Positions 11,551-26,170 are shown, numbered from the whole stretch's first letter. The stretch: 63,121 bases of DNA, filler included, from Choristocarpus tenellus KU-1152 (GCA_964200185.2; 12 parts of 12 records of this genome joined end to end with filler, not necessarily neighbours in it); one strand, 5' to 3'. Translations and numbers: made by a program. The notes: generated from the sequence alone by a model not told the origin.

Positions 11551-14021
11551 GAGAACAATCACAGGAAGTGTTCAATATAGGTAAGAAAAGTCTGACATGA
11601 GCAACAGTATGGTGGGATACATTCTTTTCCAGACCCAAGTATATATGTATAAAAAGTCTTACTACGTCACACACCTCACAAAAAAATGGCTGATCAATAA
11701 CTAAAGACGAAACAACATGATGAGAGAGACTTCAGGATCGCAAGAGGCATCCTATGAGGTAGCAGCTTGCTGGTGTGCAGCAGACTACACAAAAAATGCA
11801 TCAAGGCCAATTCCAGGTTCTTCTTCATATCAGGCGCAACCTTCTTCTTGCACCCACCCTGACTAGCCCCACCTTTCTCTCGCAGTTCCAGCACAGGTAT
11901 GCTCTTTACCACTGCAAAACACTTCCCCTTTTCTCCAGCACCCATTAGATTAAACGTCTTCAATGCCTTACGGGGTAAACGGCCTGTTGTGCACGTTCTA
12001 CACATTGTGTGGAAACCGCTGTGATGGGCACTACCGCCCAACACTTTTCCACTCCAAAATATATATACCACTACAGAAAAACAGTAACATAACCAGGAAA
12101 AAACGGGGTATGTATGTTCAGGGAATACAGTCCTGTGAGTAAATAATTATCCTCGAAAAATCTGCCTCAATATGTGACACCCCTCAGTATTCTTAGATAT
12201 CTATTTGCTGTATTTGAAGGACATGACGCAATACATGTGTTGGTTGTATATAGGATTTGATTCCATTTGTGTCTTTTGATCAAGCAAAGGAAGTACTCAT
12301 AGCAGATTGATGCCCTTCCTTTTTTGGTCGACTGGGGTGAGGTATCATATTGGGAGGAGGGAGACACCAGATGAGTTAGGATAGTATGCCAAAAATATAG
12401 AATTGAGTATCCACTGGAGTTACCAGATAGCCTTAGATCTTAGCGTCTCCTGCTAGTCCAAATCTTTGTCTGTCAGTAGATTGCGGGATAAGAGAAAAGG
12501 TTGGGGGAAATAAAACAAAGAGCGAAATTTGGAGGTGTGAATCGTGTGATTCTGTGGTGGCGCGGTCCACTCAGATAAGGGTGGTGAAGAGAGTCACTGG
12601 GCAAGATGGACGAGACGGTTCAAGACAAAATGTAACCGAGAAGACGAGGTTAAAGTTGGACAAGTCCAAGAACTGCAAAGTAGGGAGGATCTCATGAGAG
12701 GGGGACCCTCAGAATGTGAACATGTGACATCAAAGAGAAATGTTTGATCTTCGGCGTATCTGATTGAAGAGATTTCCACTACTTGCAGGAATGATCTCTT
12801 GAAGAGATTCCACGCCTCAATATCAGGAGAGAGATCCTCAACTGGAATCCGTGATTCCTTACAAGGAACCTTAATCGGTATAACGGTGTATGGCATACGG
12901 AAATAACGATATGATAACAGGCAAACCTGCTTTCCACAGAGGCTGATAATAGTACAATGCCAAATTTAATATATAGGGCTCCTACTATTCATGAGGTGTA
13001 CCTGCGGACAGTTTGGATAATTCTTCAGACAGAATTTTGGTGTGTAGTGGCATTTACCATAGATAATCATAACTCTCAATATAAGACAGAGAATTTAGAA
13101 AGTAATCCAAACAAAGAAAAGGTATTTATATGTGTCCTGATCATGAAACTGTCATACCAAAGTATGTACTACTGAATTTTGCTCGACTGAAACTGTCAAA
13201 CAAGAATGAAGAAAGAGAACATTCTTTCTCCACATGCAGAGTCCAAGTCTTGTCTTGGTTTTCTGCCAGAAAGTCGTGATTGTCTTTCTTTGTGTCCGAG
13301 GGAGTTAGGGAGAGACAACGTCGTCGACGCAATCTGAAATTCATCATTTCCAAAGCGTACACCTTCTCTGCTAGGATTGGGCGATTGCAGCGCAGGTTTG
13401 AGAAGGCCAGATTGAGGTTAATGGAGCTGCTTTCATAAAATGTGAAGCGGTGGATCTCTTGATGAAATGCAGGGCGCAGGTGTATGCTTGTTTGATGTGG
13501 GTGGATTTGTTCCTACCAAAGCCGAGAATATGAAGAATGTGTGATTTGGTCAATAGTTCTGAATAATCGCTGGCGTCAACTCTTGAAGCAAGCGGACAAC
13601 CTTCCACAGATGGCACACAATTCACCTCATTGATAACTCGTATAAACCAATACTTGTTATCAATGGATGCCAAGTGGCAGGTTTACGTGGTAAGAAAGGA
13701 TTCAAATGACAGATCAAAATAGAGCATGGACACTTCTTTGTAGTCTTTTGCGGGTGGCTGCTGTCCAAGATGGATATGGAAACCTCATTGAGCTTTAAAC
13801 TATAAGTGACACAAGGTTGTTATTTTTTCTATGCAGTACTAGAAGGAGGCCTCGGGAGTGTGAGTGAATGTGCGTTCCATTATTTCTGTAGAGTCCAATG
13901 TGGCACGAGGATCCATAAACTCATCCCCTCTGTCGATATCTTGAAATCCTTCGTTTTCCGGTATGAAGATTTGTGGTCATTCACAATTTTCCTTGAGGTG
14001 GAACGGTAGAAGTCAACTCTT

Positions 14022-16761
14022 TGTTCGCACGCTCCCAAAAGCGTTACCAAGAATTTGTGATGTAGAATGTTCCTTTATTAAGTAAACAGCGAAGAGTGAG
14101 ACCTATCCACAAGGGGGGGGGCTAGTTCCTAGTCTCCATGATCGCGCTTTCACGGCGGGATCGATGTATCACTGATAGAGAATTTTCGAGCAGATCAAGC
14201 ATAGAAACATTTCCAGCAGATTACAGAAACATTTCCTAAAATGTTTCTTTAACATCACTAAATTCCAATATCCTGATCCATCACTAATCTATCATCTTAC
14301 ACACATTATCTTGTTACTTACAAAATTGATTCTTCGTGTGCACTAATGTCAACCTTTGGTGATTGCAGTACCTCAAAGCAACTCCTTACGCAAACACCCT
14401 CCCTGCTGTGCACTGACAATATTCTAGTTCAATGCAATACAAATCATAGGTTTATCCTAGCTACAATTCAAAACCTGAAAATTCAAATCATCAGAAACCC
14501 ATTACAGCTCTCACATGATACTTGTAATTACCGTGATTGAGAGGCTTGGTGAAAAATCTGAATGTTGCTTCTCAGATTCCACATGCACAACTTCTATAAT
14601 CATATCTCAAACTATCTGCCAGAGAAAATGATGACATACATCTATATGCTTTGTTCTAAATCCATTGATTAGATTTCCAGAAAGGTTTACTGCACCCTCA
14701 TTATCCTTGTACATCAAGGCACAGCTAGTAGTCAACTCCAGGTTAATAAACTCCAAAAACTGTCTCAAGAAGAGTACTTCCTTAGCTGTGTCACTCAAAG
14801 TCACATACTCAGCTTCTGTCGTAGACAAAGCTACCACCTTCTGCATCCTAGAAAACCACGATAGTGCTACATCTCCCATGCAAATCAATCCTCCAGATAC
14901 AGACCATTGATCCAAATCAGATGCATAATCCGCATCAGCAAATGCCTCCAGTCGCTTTCCCAACTTTCCATCAAATGCGATACCAGTTCCCCTTGTGTAA
15001 CTCACATACCCCAAAATCTGTTTGACAGCTTCCCAATGCCTCTGTCCTGGGTTACCGCTAAATCTGGTCACAGTCATTACCGCGTTGGAAATATCAAATC
15101 TGTTCAGAGTTTCTTACCAGAGTAATGACCCCACTGCTTCCCTGTATTGGTTTGAAGGATCCAGTTTCACACACGAATCCTTCGCAGACAAGGTTCTAGT
15201 TTTAGATCCAGGCAGATCATATTCTTTGATTATCCTGAATTGTTTCACCAACTCTTCCGGGTCAAAGTATCTTGGGGGGGGGGGGTGTCGGCGTCCGTTT
15301 TTCACCCTTTTTTCGATTTTCACTCTTTTGGTGTGATTTGGTCGCACATGTCGGATTTGAAATGTCAGCAAAAAAAAGAGTTTGACCGAAACGGATGCCC
15401 CCTCACAAACCACCCCCCCCCCCCCAGATACTTTGACCCTCCACGTAGATTTTCTGATCAAGTTTTAGTGTCTTCATTTTACAATCCCGTGAAATGCGGC
15501 ATTTTACATCACCAAAATCCTTAACAGGGAACTCCTTGTTCAGAGCTTTCAAGACCACCCTGCCCTTCTCCTAGAAGTGACTAGCCATCAATAGATCATT
15601 CACATATGCGAATATCAGCACTTCCAACACCCCATGGTCCACTGGAAGAACTAAACAGGGGTCAGTCTTACATTGCCCCAAACCTAGTCCCTTGAGGGTT
15701 CCAACTAGTTTGAGATGTCAGTTGCGTGATGCTTGTACCAACCCATACCATGATCTCTTGACCTTTCCCACCATTCCTGAAGCTGCTGTCACATCCTCTG
15801 GTAGCTCTATGCAAATATCCTCCTTGACATCCGCTTGGACAAAAGCCTATCCTACATCAGCATGTCATCATTCCATGTCCACACACACAATGATTGCCAT
15901 CACCAACCGTAAAGTACTTGTCGAGGGTCTCAGCGCAAATTTCTCTGCGTAGTCTAGTCCAGTAATTTTTCTATTTCCCATGACTACTAGGCAGGCTTAG
16001 TACCCAGCCACTTCTCCCTGCGAATTTGTTTTTCTCTCAAACGCCCATTTGGTTCAGACTACATGGTGCCGATCTGATGACCTTTGCACCTCTTCCCAAA
16101 CACCAGTTTCCACTAGTTTAGCCAACTCCATCATCATAGCGTCCTGCCAAAATGGTGCCTCTGGAGACTACAATGCCTCTGGAGACTGCATAGCTTTAGA
16201 TCGGCATGTAGTCTGAACCAAATGAGTGTTTAAGAGAAAAGCAAATTCGGAGGGAGAATTGGCTGGGTACAAAGCCCACCTAATTTATTTTTCTCTTAAA
16301 TACCCATTTGGTTCGGACTATACACCAATCTGGCCTTTGTATCTCATCCCAAACACCAGTTTCCAGCAGTTTAAAACGTTTTCGCACGTTCCAAATAAGC
16401 ATGGTGCTTTACCAAGAACATATGATGTAGAATGTGCCTTTATTAAGATATCAGCGAAGAGTGAGACCTATCCACAAAGCGAGGAACTAGTTTCTAGTCT
16501 CCATGATCACGCTTTAACGGCGGGATCGATGTATCACTGATAGAAAAATTCCAAGCTGATCAGGCATAGAAACATTCCCAGCAGATTGAAGAAACAGTTC
16601 CTAAAATGTTTCTTCAATATCACTAAATTCCAATATTCTGATCCATCACTAATCTACCATCTTACACACATTAACTTGTTAAGTACAAAATTAATTCTTT
16701 GAGTGCACTAATATCAACATTTGGTGATTGCAGTACTTCAAAGCATCTCCTCATACAAGCA
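14022..16761 (-). mobile_element. Internally deleted Ty1/Copia element with two diverged LTRs (~14022-14396 and ~16379-16761)
   Basis: RT/RNase H motifs YREAVGSLLW, HWEAVKQILGY, FADADYA, VALSTTEAEY, RTKHID. The ~370-bp direct repeats flank it, with a PPT (GCAGGGAGGG on minus) next to the left LTR. No recognisable gag or integrase. Confidence 0.9.
15259..15439 (+). mobile_element. Complete MITE family A (181 bp) with 3-bp TSD TCC, inserted in Copia RT
   Basis: TIRs GGGTCAAAGTATCT..AGATACTTTGACCC. Removing the element plus one TCC restores the Copia frame DQKIYVEELVKQF. Confidence 0.92.
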
Positions 16762-16980
16762 CTCTTCTTGGGAGAGAGCAGCCCTTAAATATACACACAA
16801 CTCCAGCATTCGTATCATTCTGTTTTAACACTGCCATCCTAGTGTCGATTAGATATTTTATCACTCACAGTTCAATCAACATACTGTACATACAAGTGCA
16901 GTCGATTGCCTCCTCCACCTTTTCGCTGATAACCCTGTGTTGCCCCAGGCCATCGTGCCTGATCTCAAGTATGTCTCCAT

Positions 16981-16999
16981 GGGTCAAAGTATCTGGGGG
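16981..16999 (+). mobile_element. MITE terminus at contig end
   Basis: GGGTCAAAGTATCTGGGGG runs into the linker. Confidence 0.8.
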
Positions 17000-17820
17000 N
17001 NNNNNNNNNNNNNNNNNNNNNNNNNNNNNNNNNNNNNNNNNNNTTAATTAATTAANNNNNNNNNNNNNNNNNNNNNNNNNNNNNNNNNNNNNNNNNNNNC
17101 TCTCGGCTCACCTGTTTGCCGGTAATTTACATACACCAGGAAAAAAAGGGGGGGGGGGACTTAGGGATGGAGAATCATGTTTGATTGCTTCTAGTGCATA
17201 TACTTTTGCATGGTAAATTTGAGTAGAGTATTGATCGTGCAAGACAACCACACCAGTCAGTAAAACCCATCCAAAAGACCAGTCCACCCCTCTTGCACCA
17301 TCTTCCTTAACCCCTCGCCTTACCAGACAAGTTTGCAAACCTGAATAATAAGAAACCCACACCATTCTACAACCTTCACCTAGTTCTCCTCCCCTCCTTA
17401 CACCTCCACCTCCACCTCCAGCAGAAAAATCACTTTGTGTCCAAAAGTAAGGTGATTGACTCTGTTGAGTATTGAGATACCACACCACTAGCATTGGTCG
17501 CACAACTTACTACTCTTATCGTACCGTGGTATCTCAAAACTTGACAAAATCAGATGTCAACGTGCTACCCAGCTTTTTCCATGAGCCACCACCCAACCCA
17601 TCCTATTCAGTCATCTCGATCTTTGCATTCCCCAAGTGAGGTAGGTCCTCCATAAGAGAGAGTGTACCCTTTGTAGCACTCGTTGTCAATATTAGGCAAA
17701 ATACAGTGGCCCAATACAAATAATCCAGTGAGTACCATGGTCAAGAATTCAATGAAACACCGCCGCAAAGTCATTGCCCCCCCCCCCACCCCTTTCCCCT
17801 TCACCTGTCTTCCACCTCAC

Positions 17821-20123
17821 CTCAGTGTTGTAGAAATTGAGCTCAGAAGTCAAGTGAGTAACTGCTCCAACACGGTTGCCAATGCAGGGGCAAAGAAACG
17901 GCCCTGTCCACATTTTCGGCTCTCCCCCCCTCTCTCCACTGTACCTGTCCCTTGCCATCATGGCCCTCTCCAGCTTGACCAAAACATTTTCTCTCTTCTT
18001 TAGCAGGCCTCGCAAGGTGGTAAGATCCTATTTGCAATATGTTTTGGTTGAAGTCGGGGAAGAGTGTGAGTAAGAGTTTGTGTGTGTGTGTGTGTGTGCC
18101 TGAGCAGGTACTTGCAGGATAGAGATAGGAACAAAAACGCACTCCTCAGCAATATAACGGAAAGTGTTGTAGAAACACCAACACAGAAGATAGTTATCCC
18201 TTCTGACAGGCCTGCAAACCTATGAATACACGATCACCTGGGTGCACCTTGCAGACAGCACATCTCCAGGATAAAGGTATGCAAAGTATGACTCGAGGAT
18301 GGCATTGCTACGTGCATCCTTGGGCAGGTCAATCATGATGGTTCGCATGTGGGGCTTCCGCTGCTGAAGGTACCTTTGCCGTAGGTTGGTGTATGCACGA
18401 AATTCTCGATCCAGAAAAAAAAATGTGATCAGCGTTAGGAGGCACATGCCCAACACCATAACCCACCTGTCAAGAGTGGTTGAAGAATGTTTTCATTATA
18501 TTTTCAACGTGTTGGGCAGGAAGGGGGGTTGAGACATGCAGAGGTAGCAAATTTATAAGCAAGACAAGGCTCAAGTAATCATGACGGTATTGATTAGCAA
18601 GGATTGTACTGCAATGCTGTGAAATATAATTGAGGTGGGGTGGAGGGGAGTGAGGGGGGTTAGAGGTGGGGTGGCCACAACTGACTGTGTTGCAGCTGCA
18701 ATTTTGACAGTAAAATGTTACTTTCACCATCCCCTCCTTGAAGGTATGATGCAGTTCATCTCATGGTCTTCTACTTGAGGGTCTCTGTCTCTTAAAACCA
18801 CCAACTCTACACCAAGAAAAGAAATACACATAAAACTTTGGGCCAGCGCATTGAAGCCCACGTACTGCACTTCCCTTGTCGCGTGTATGTGGCATGCTGA
18901 AATCAGGTCACATACACAAACACGCCACACACACAAGGACCAAGACATGAAGACAAACTAGAGCCTCTCTCCTGAGCAAAAATTGCTACTCACATTAGAG
19001 GGCTGCCTGAGGGGATGTTACTCATTGATATTTTGTTCATGTTATTGGTCCCTTGAACCTCTCCCCCAGAGTAGTTGACAGGCACAATCACTGGCCATGC
19101 AAAAAGGGCAAAGGAGCCACATATCTTGAACGCCAGCATATAGAAACGTATATACACCAGTGAGTCAAAACCTGCATAGCGGAGAAACTCCTACTCAATG
19201 AGCAAGGAGAGTGGGGGGTAAAGGGGTACTAATTAGCCAACTTGCTTTCAACTCCTTTGCTACCTCTGGCCATCACTGGGCAGGGGAGGGGGGGGATGGT
19301 GTTGCAGTTTTTTCTTTGTGAAGTTCTCTTCTCTGTTCTCCACCTTGCTTACCTGGATACATTCAAAGGGAAGTTAACAATTGAAAAGTGGTTCAGCAAA
19401 AGGGGATATCTCAACTAGAGGCTGAGTGCCACTTAAAGTTTATCGTGTAGTATGGGCACAGAATATCGAGCAGCTCACACAACAATACTTGTGACATTAT
19501 CCTCTTTGGTCTTACCAACACATTCCTACCAGTCACACAACTAGAATTGACAAGTGAACAGCAATTATGGCTCCACATTTTCACGCACATACAAATCCCA
19601 ACCCTAACTCCACAAAACCAACACATAGCCCCTCAGCTTTGGCTGACTCCAGGGCACACTTACCTATTGCTACAGAAGGTGAGGAGACACATAGGGTAGG
19701 TATCAAGAATGATCAGGTGTTTCAAAAAGACAACAAAACAATAGGTGGGAATCAAAGCACTAACGAGAGAAAGTGAGAGAGGGAGAGAGAGAAAACAGTG
19801 AGAAAATAAAGGGAGAAACAAAATCCTGACAAGTCTTGGTACAATAACAAAATGAAATATGCAATGCTTGATTGAAAGCTCCCCACCCCATTTAGTGATA
19901 TTTCCGTCCCATATATATTAGTCCCGACAATAGAACGAGAATGGGTGTGAGGTACTGCTCTGAGACCCTTCCACCTCCATCCAGGCAGCCGTCAGACTCA
20001 CCTCCTCTGGAATCTTATATAGCTTCCATACCCACTTGAACAGACCTTCCTTCGGACCTGGTAAGTCTGGTGGGCGATCCGTCCGCTTCGGAGAAAAGAA
20101 TCCCGGATCATTCCAACGCTTAT
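17821..20123 (-). CDS. OSCA/CSC1 (TMEM63/ERD4/RSN1-like) stress-gated cation channel, N-terminal exons
   Basis: In-frame GT-AG exons 20002-20123 (FFSPKR..GLFKWVWKLYKIPEE), 18994-19190 (EFLRYAGFDSLVYIRFY..IVPVNY..SMSNIP), 18238-18466 (FLDREFRAYTNLRQRYL..RTIMIDLP..YFAYLYPG) and 17821-18027 (DLTTLRGLLKKRENVLVKLE). These are characteristic family motifs. Confidence 0.88.
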
Positions 20124-21339
20124 CTGCATGGCAAGGTCAGCGGAAGGTGAAGTGGGGAAAATGTCTTGAAGAAATGCTGAAATGATTTATAGGGATCAAA
20201 CTATCGTTCGAGACTCTCCCTGGCAGTGGTTGTTTGGACCAGTCCATTCTCGTATTGAAGAACGACGTACGACCCTATTTGATCATGCTACCGAGAATGT
20301 GTAATGACACCATATCAGCCCCCTCCTTTTATTCCGATTTTTCGTGTTCACCGAGCAATCAGTCTCCGCCCACCAAGCAGGAAGTCTCATTCCCCACCCT
20401 CTTAGAAAGATAGAAGATAAAACATCTACCGTTTTCAGTCCATGTTCACTCACATGTCCAGTAAGACCAAAGTATCAACGCTGCAATGGCATTGTATCCT
20501 GCAACGATGCCTATGGATTGGAGATCTTCGTTCTCCGTTTCCTCGAAAGCATCATAGTTCAGCAACCAACTCGGGATCCAATCCAAGATGCCCATAATTG
20601 GGTACCAGTGTTCTAGTGGTCCCAAGTGATTGCGAATATGAGGCAATCAGAGCTTTTAGACATCAAACAAAAAGATTGAATAGTTTCCACGTCACCTCAG
20701 CATGGGTGACTTAGGCTCGCTTTACCAGTGTTGTGGGGGATACAAGTCTCAGATCTGTGTGGGTAGTTCACCTTATCATGTTGACGAAGTGTGGAAAATC
20801 AATTTTATACTTGAACAATAACTTCCACAGCTAACACCAATCAACTAATCACACCTAAATCGTTTTCCTCCTTCCTCACAATTAACATACTATATTATTA
20901 TGCCCTCTGACATTTTGCAGATGTGTATATATATACTATATAATGTATTAGATATATTACAGTAGTGTCGTATGTGGAAGGCTGTGAAAAGAATAAAGAT
21001 ATTCACTATATTTGTATTTTTGGTTTCAATCTTCTTTGGAAGATCATTTCAGTCATCAGTCAATTCCATGATGTAATGAGGGCATATGTTCGCATGAATG
21101 ATGGCGAGTGCGCAGACTGATTTGAGATTGGACTGGGCCTTCGACAGGGGGTACTCTTTCTCCCATCCTCTTCGGCTTCTTCTTCACTGTAGTGCTAAGT
21201 GCAGGAGTTAAATAGGTCACCGTTGATCCGATCATCTCCAAGATCTTGTTGCCATCACCAGCGGGGCCACAACTAACCAGATCAAAAGAGGAGGAGTAAC
21301 AGGGAGTGGAATAACACTTGAGTGGCTCCTGTGGGGTAT

Positions 21340-22200
21340 GTGTCGTGCCGATGATGCGGTTATTGTTTCTATGACTCAAGGAGGCTTATCCAGGATGATG
21401 GCGGTGATTGTGAAGGTAGTCAGACCATTCGGTCTGACAGTGTCAGAACCGAAGATGGACACGACGTGAATTCATCCTCCTAATAAGACTGAAGACATCA
21501 TCCAGATCCAGTCACTGGGCTATAACTAAAGCAGAGGGAATTAAGTTTGTTTACCTTGGAGGCACCACTAGTGACAAGGTGCTATCACTGCCGTGATCAG
21601 CTACAGGATACACAAAACTTGGATATGTTTCCGCGAATACAGTCAAATGCTCTGTAACAGGATATTGGGTTCGATACTTGCGCTTAACATCCAAATGCTG
21701 AAGGCTTAATTGCTTGAGATTCTGTTACGTGGGTGTATGGCATGGACACGTCGTCATGAAGCTGCGCTCCCATCACTACAAACTATTTTCACGTTGCATC
21801 GGATCTCACATTTATGGTAACGCACTGATCACACACTGTCCTACAACGATGCCCTTGCGAAGAATGGGTGTAAGAGTATTGAGGTGACTGCGCGCAAATG
21901 GAGACTCCTATTTGCAGGATAGGTTGCACACATGGTGGATGGGAGACTTCCCAAGGTGTTGATGTTTGGGGAGCTTGTGACCAAGAAACAGAAGCAAGGT
22001 GGATAGGAGAAAACAGGTGGATGTACCCCCAAGACATCCTTGCAAGTTTTGGGAATAAGGTCGAGGTTTGGAGCACTAGAGCCTTTGACCAGCAGAGGTC
22101 GTACAAGCGTATGGATGCCAGCACAATGAGCTTCATGGCAGTGCCGCATTCGAAGCATGCCATGATAGGCATTGAACCTTCTCTGCCTCCCTATCTACCA
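21340..22200 (+). mobile_element. Degenerate RTE-clade LINE, 3' part of RT ORF
   Basis: Interrupted frames give FGLTVSEPK and YNDALAKNGCKSIEVTARKWRLLFAG*VAHMVDGRLPKVLMFGEL, a typical RTE C-terminal signature. Confidence 0.8.
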
Positions 22201-22548
22201 TCTTGAAGCATCTTGTAGAAAACGTTGCCTTACTGGTCTATCTGTACTCATGAAGTTATTAATTCAAGCTTTGGCAAATCATTGTAACGTCAATTTGAAA
22301 ACTTCATTACTTATGACACCTGGACCTGATTCGCCCCCACCCCCCAAATCGACCACAAGAGAGAAATGGTCGACATTGCCCTCTCAAGTTTCTGTCGGAC
22401 TGGTGTAGTTTTTGACCAGAAATCAACCATATGACCCTTTTTCAGTCAGGGCAAGGTCACATGGGTCACCAGTGCACTGGGCAGGGATTCTCATCTTTTG
22501 CTGTGTTGATTTTATACGTAACATTTAGGCTGCCATGAAATATATTGA

Positions 22549-22603
22549 GGGTCAAAGTATCTGGGGGGGGGAGGGGGGTGGTTTGTGAGGGGGCGTCCGT
22601 TCT
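22549..22603 (-). mobile_element. MITE family A right end, truncated by contig end
   Basis: Reverse complement of ~15389-15439 (GGTTTGTGAGGGGGCGTCCGTT). Confidence 0.9.
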
Positions 22604-23399
22604 NNNNNNNNNNNNNNNNNNNNNNNNNNNNNNNNNNNNNNNNNNNNTTAATTAATTAANNNNNNNNNNNNNNNNNNNNNNNNNNNNNNNNNNNNNNNNN
22701 NNNGAACTGGACCTTCAATAGTTACAAAATACATAGCTCTGATTGGGCATACAATTCATGCGTCTTCTGTTCCAATCTTCCCGGTTATATAAATGCAAGT
22801 ACTATCAAGGATTAGACTTACATTCTTCATGACCTACACAGCGTCTGATTATTGCCTGTCCTAATCCTCCATGCACAAAGCATACTCAAGGCTGTTAGTG
22901 TGCAAAACAGGAAATGAAAAAAAAAGAAGGAAAGAAAGAAGGGCCAATGAGAGCAACAAATAGTACTAATAATAAATAAAGAGAAGAAATGAAAATAAAA
23001 TGGGCAATAAATAGAAAATAATAATAATAAAATGTGTGGGTGATGAGGGGAACAAAGTGGAAGCTGAATAGTAAATAAAATAAATAAAAACAAAAAGTAG
23101 AAAGGAAAAAAAGAAAAGAAAAAAGTTAGTAATAAGGAGAGTAACAACTATGAAAAGAAAATGAAATTTAATAATCAGGGGGTGATAGGATGAGAACTAA
23201 AAATAAATAACATTAGAACAACATAAGTGAGATATAGAAGATATAAAAAATAGAGAAATCAAGATCACAGAGAATTGTTACAATATAGAAAAGAGGAAAT
23301 AAATAAAACAGTAGTGAGTTCAGTGTTTGTCTTTTCTAAGGACTTCAGCCTATAGAACCGATGTATATTAATGTGTGATAAAATGTGGGCAGCTTCTTC

Positions 23400-24320
23400 A
23401 TTCCAACTTCTGCTGCCTCATGTTCCTTTCAGTGACTATGATTATCATTGCTTTAATATCTTGTTCTAGCATGTACCGGCTGAACGTCACCTTGTCCTTC
23501 AGGCATACAGTTGTTACCTGCTGGGAGGTTTTCTGAAGGAGGCACTCGTCTCTCTCCTGCTGATTCCTCCTTACCTCCATCCTTCAACCTTACCCTCCAA
23601 TGGGGTGACTTGAACTCAAAAACTGGACCCTGTCCTACCGGTCTCTTCAGCTTACATCCTTCCACAATGTTTGACACTAGTACCAATAGGGAAGAGACGT
23701 AACACATCCTCTCTGGGCAAGAGCTGTTCTTGGGTAGGAACATTAGTTGGACATGGTCCTGTGTTAGAGTTGAGAAGGTCCTAGAAGGCATGATAAACAT
23801 CCAACTGTAGTAAGTTAAAGCTGTTCACTTCTTCTGTTTAGTTACCTAGTATAACAACTATCCATCTTAGAACTTCCCTTAGTACTCCAATGCCATTTGC
23901 TAAGGTCTGACAAAGGTACATTGTTACTGCTGCTCGATCTTGGTGTTGGGATGTTAACAAAAGGTACCCATGGTGGCAGTGGTGATGGTTGGGAGCATTG
24001 ACCTCCTCTAAATGACAGTTCACTCTAGTGCTGTCCACAAAATGTTGCTTCTAAAAATAATTACATATGGCAACCCCACCATTATCCTAAAAGACATATT
24101 GCGCACTTCTTCCTCTGGGGAAAACGCTATTAGAAGTTTGCATGACCTCAGTACCAGCACTGGTAGAATATTTCACCCTCTGGGGTTTGCTGCATTTAAG
24201 GTACCTTTGCCTGCCATGTTGACCTGTGGTAAGCAAACCCCGAAAGGTATGAGTGGATTCCTCTGGGAACTAACGAGTCGCACGTATACCTGCACTCGTC
24301 AGTTATAGAGGTGAAGCAGT
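23400..24320 (-). mobile_element. Possible highly degenerate LINE (APE endonuclease region)
   Basis: Broken frames with a GDFNA-like motif (EVNAP) and no splice-consistent gene model. Weak. Confidence 0.3.
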
Positions 24321-26094
24321 CTTGACCACAGGCATGATGAAAGCAAACTCGGGGTGCCTTTAGTCATATGTCGACTTCACCTTGTGGAGGTAGAAGATGG
24401 AGGAAATCCTTTGCCCAAATCATGCCGACTTCTACCATTCGCCCTGTCTGTGACTAAAGCAGATAGGGCTCAAAGTACCGACTGGGGAACGGATATGCCT
24501 GGTCGAACGGGTTTTGATGCATTGCTTTCTCTCTTTTTTTTATTTGAGCAACGAGGTACCGTGTTTGCCGGGAACAGAGGAAGGTTCAGTATTTGAGGCA
24601 GTACAGACTGCTGGCTAGGAGTTCTGGGTTAACACAGATTAAACCATCGGTGTAAGGGCTGCCAGTACACGGTTGACAACCTCTCTGCATAACAGTAAAG
24701 TTTGGCTTGATACCTCTTCGTGGATGGACGTCCTATTCTGGTAGTATAGTCTCAGTTTCTGCCTGACGATCGGGGTTTCGGCTGAGGCAGCGGAAGGGTG
24801 TGACGTGCTAGTAAACATAGCAAGCAGATCTATCATCAACCCAAAGGAGTGCTGAGTCTTCTCCGTATACAATACAACTTTTTGGAGCATTTTGATTGGC
24901 CGGGAAAATTAGTATCGGTCGCTTCAATCGGATAATTCTTTTATGGGATCCTCAATAATCCGTTCTACTTAATTCGATTGTTTACCGTTTCTGTCACCAA
25001 AGGATTACTCTAGGAAATTGCTAGTGGGTAAATTTGACTTCAATTTCTTTCTAAGATAAATATCCTATTTGCTTTTTAGCATTCAATTTGGTTAGGACGT
25101 TCGGGAGGAGAGTGGGGAGTTGTTACAAATCAATGAGATCTTCGCCTATGTATCCCCCCTAAAACAACTTAATATAAATGAGGCATCCGCGAGTCCACGG
25201 TGTACGCTCGATAGTGCAATACTCGCCTATGGCCGCAGCCTTCCGCGTCACATCTTTGTCTCTCTTATAAAATAAATAACACATGGCAACCTTTACCACG
25301 ATTTTCGGCTGGCCATGCAAAAAGAGTGTATTCTCTCACCAAAATATGAACCACTCACTTGCCGTAACGTCGTCTCAACGGATCCGTAAGAGCTGTCCTT
25401 TGATGTGTGGGATGTCGATTGCAGACGAAGCACCTGAAAGGACCGCTGTGTGTCCTAAAAAAAACAAGAGTTTTCGACGAGCTCGATGTGGAAAGGGGTG
25501 AAGTTGTTGATGGGTGGACACGATGAATAAACACGTTGATCCGTCACGACTGCTGTAAGAGTTCTCGCAGGTCTGGCCTTGGGCAGGAACATCTCCAAAA
25601 CACTGATTTCCAGCGGAACCTGTAAAATAAAAAGAACAGTGTGATACACCAAAACAGATAGGGAATGTGAGTGCACGAATGGCGAGGAAGAACTACCTAG
25701 GCAACGTCTATACCGTGGCGGTCAGAAGCCACTCATTTTATGACTATAGGCGAGTGATGTGGTGATCAGAGGCGACTCGTTCTATGGCTAGAGAGGGGCG
25801 GTTCCCTCAGAGATAAAAGCCCTCAGAATCCTGAAGACGACGAGCCTAAGGAGGGAATCCCGTAGACGACGAATGAAGACCACAAAACCAGGTGGAACAA
25901 TAAAGGAATCCAGGCGGGCGTGGGAAGTTACTGTTGAAACCTGAATCGAATGCATTGTATATGATACATAGACTACGAAGGAAGAGGAATCATGNNNNNN
26001 NNNNNNNNNNNNNNNNNNNNNNNNNNNNNNNNNNNNNNTTAATTAATTAANNNNNNNNNNNNNNNNNNNNNNNNNNNNNNNNNNNNNNNNNNNN

Positions 26095-26170
26095 AAAATT
26101 ACATCAAAATCACAGCATTGGATATTGACCCCAAATGGACGAGGCCCTACACTCTAAGATATTTTGGTTC
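26095..26170 (+). mobile_element. MITE family C right end at contig start
   Basis: Matches 48782-48858 (CCCCAAATGGACG..CCCTAC.CTCTAAGATATTTTG). Confidence 0.8.

Noticed and set aside
15022-15524. Recurrent peptides VKVSGGG / PPRYFDP / SKYLGGG in many ORFs
   Set aside because: Translations of the non-coding MITE TIR, not a protein motif.
22900-23290. Phe/Leu-rich membrane-like ORF on minus
   Set aside because: Arises from A-rich low-complexity sequence.
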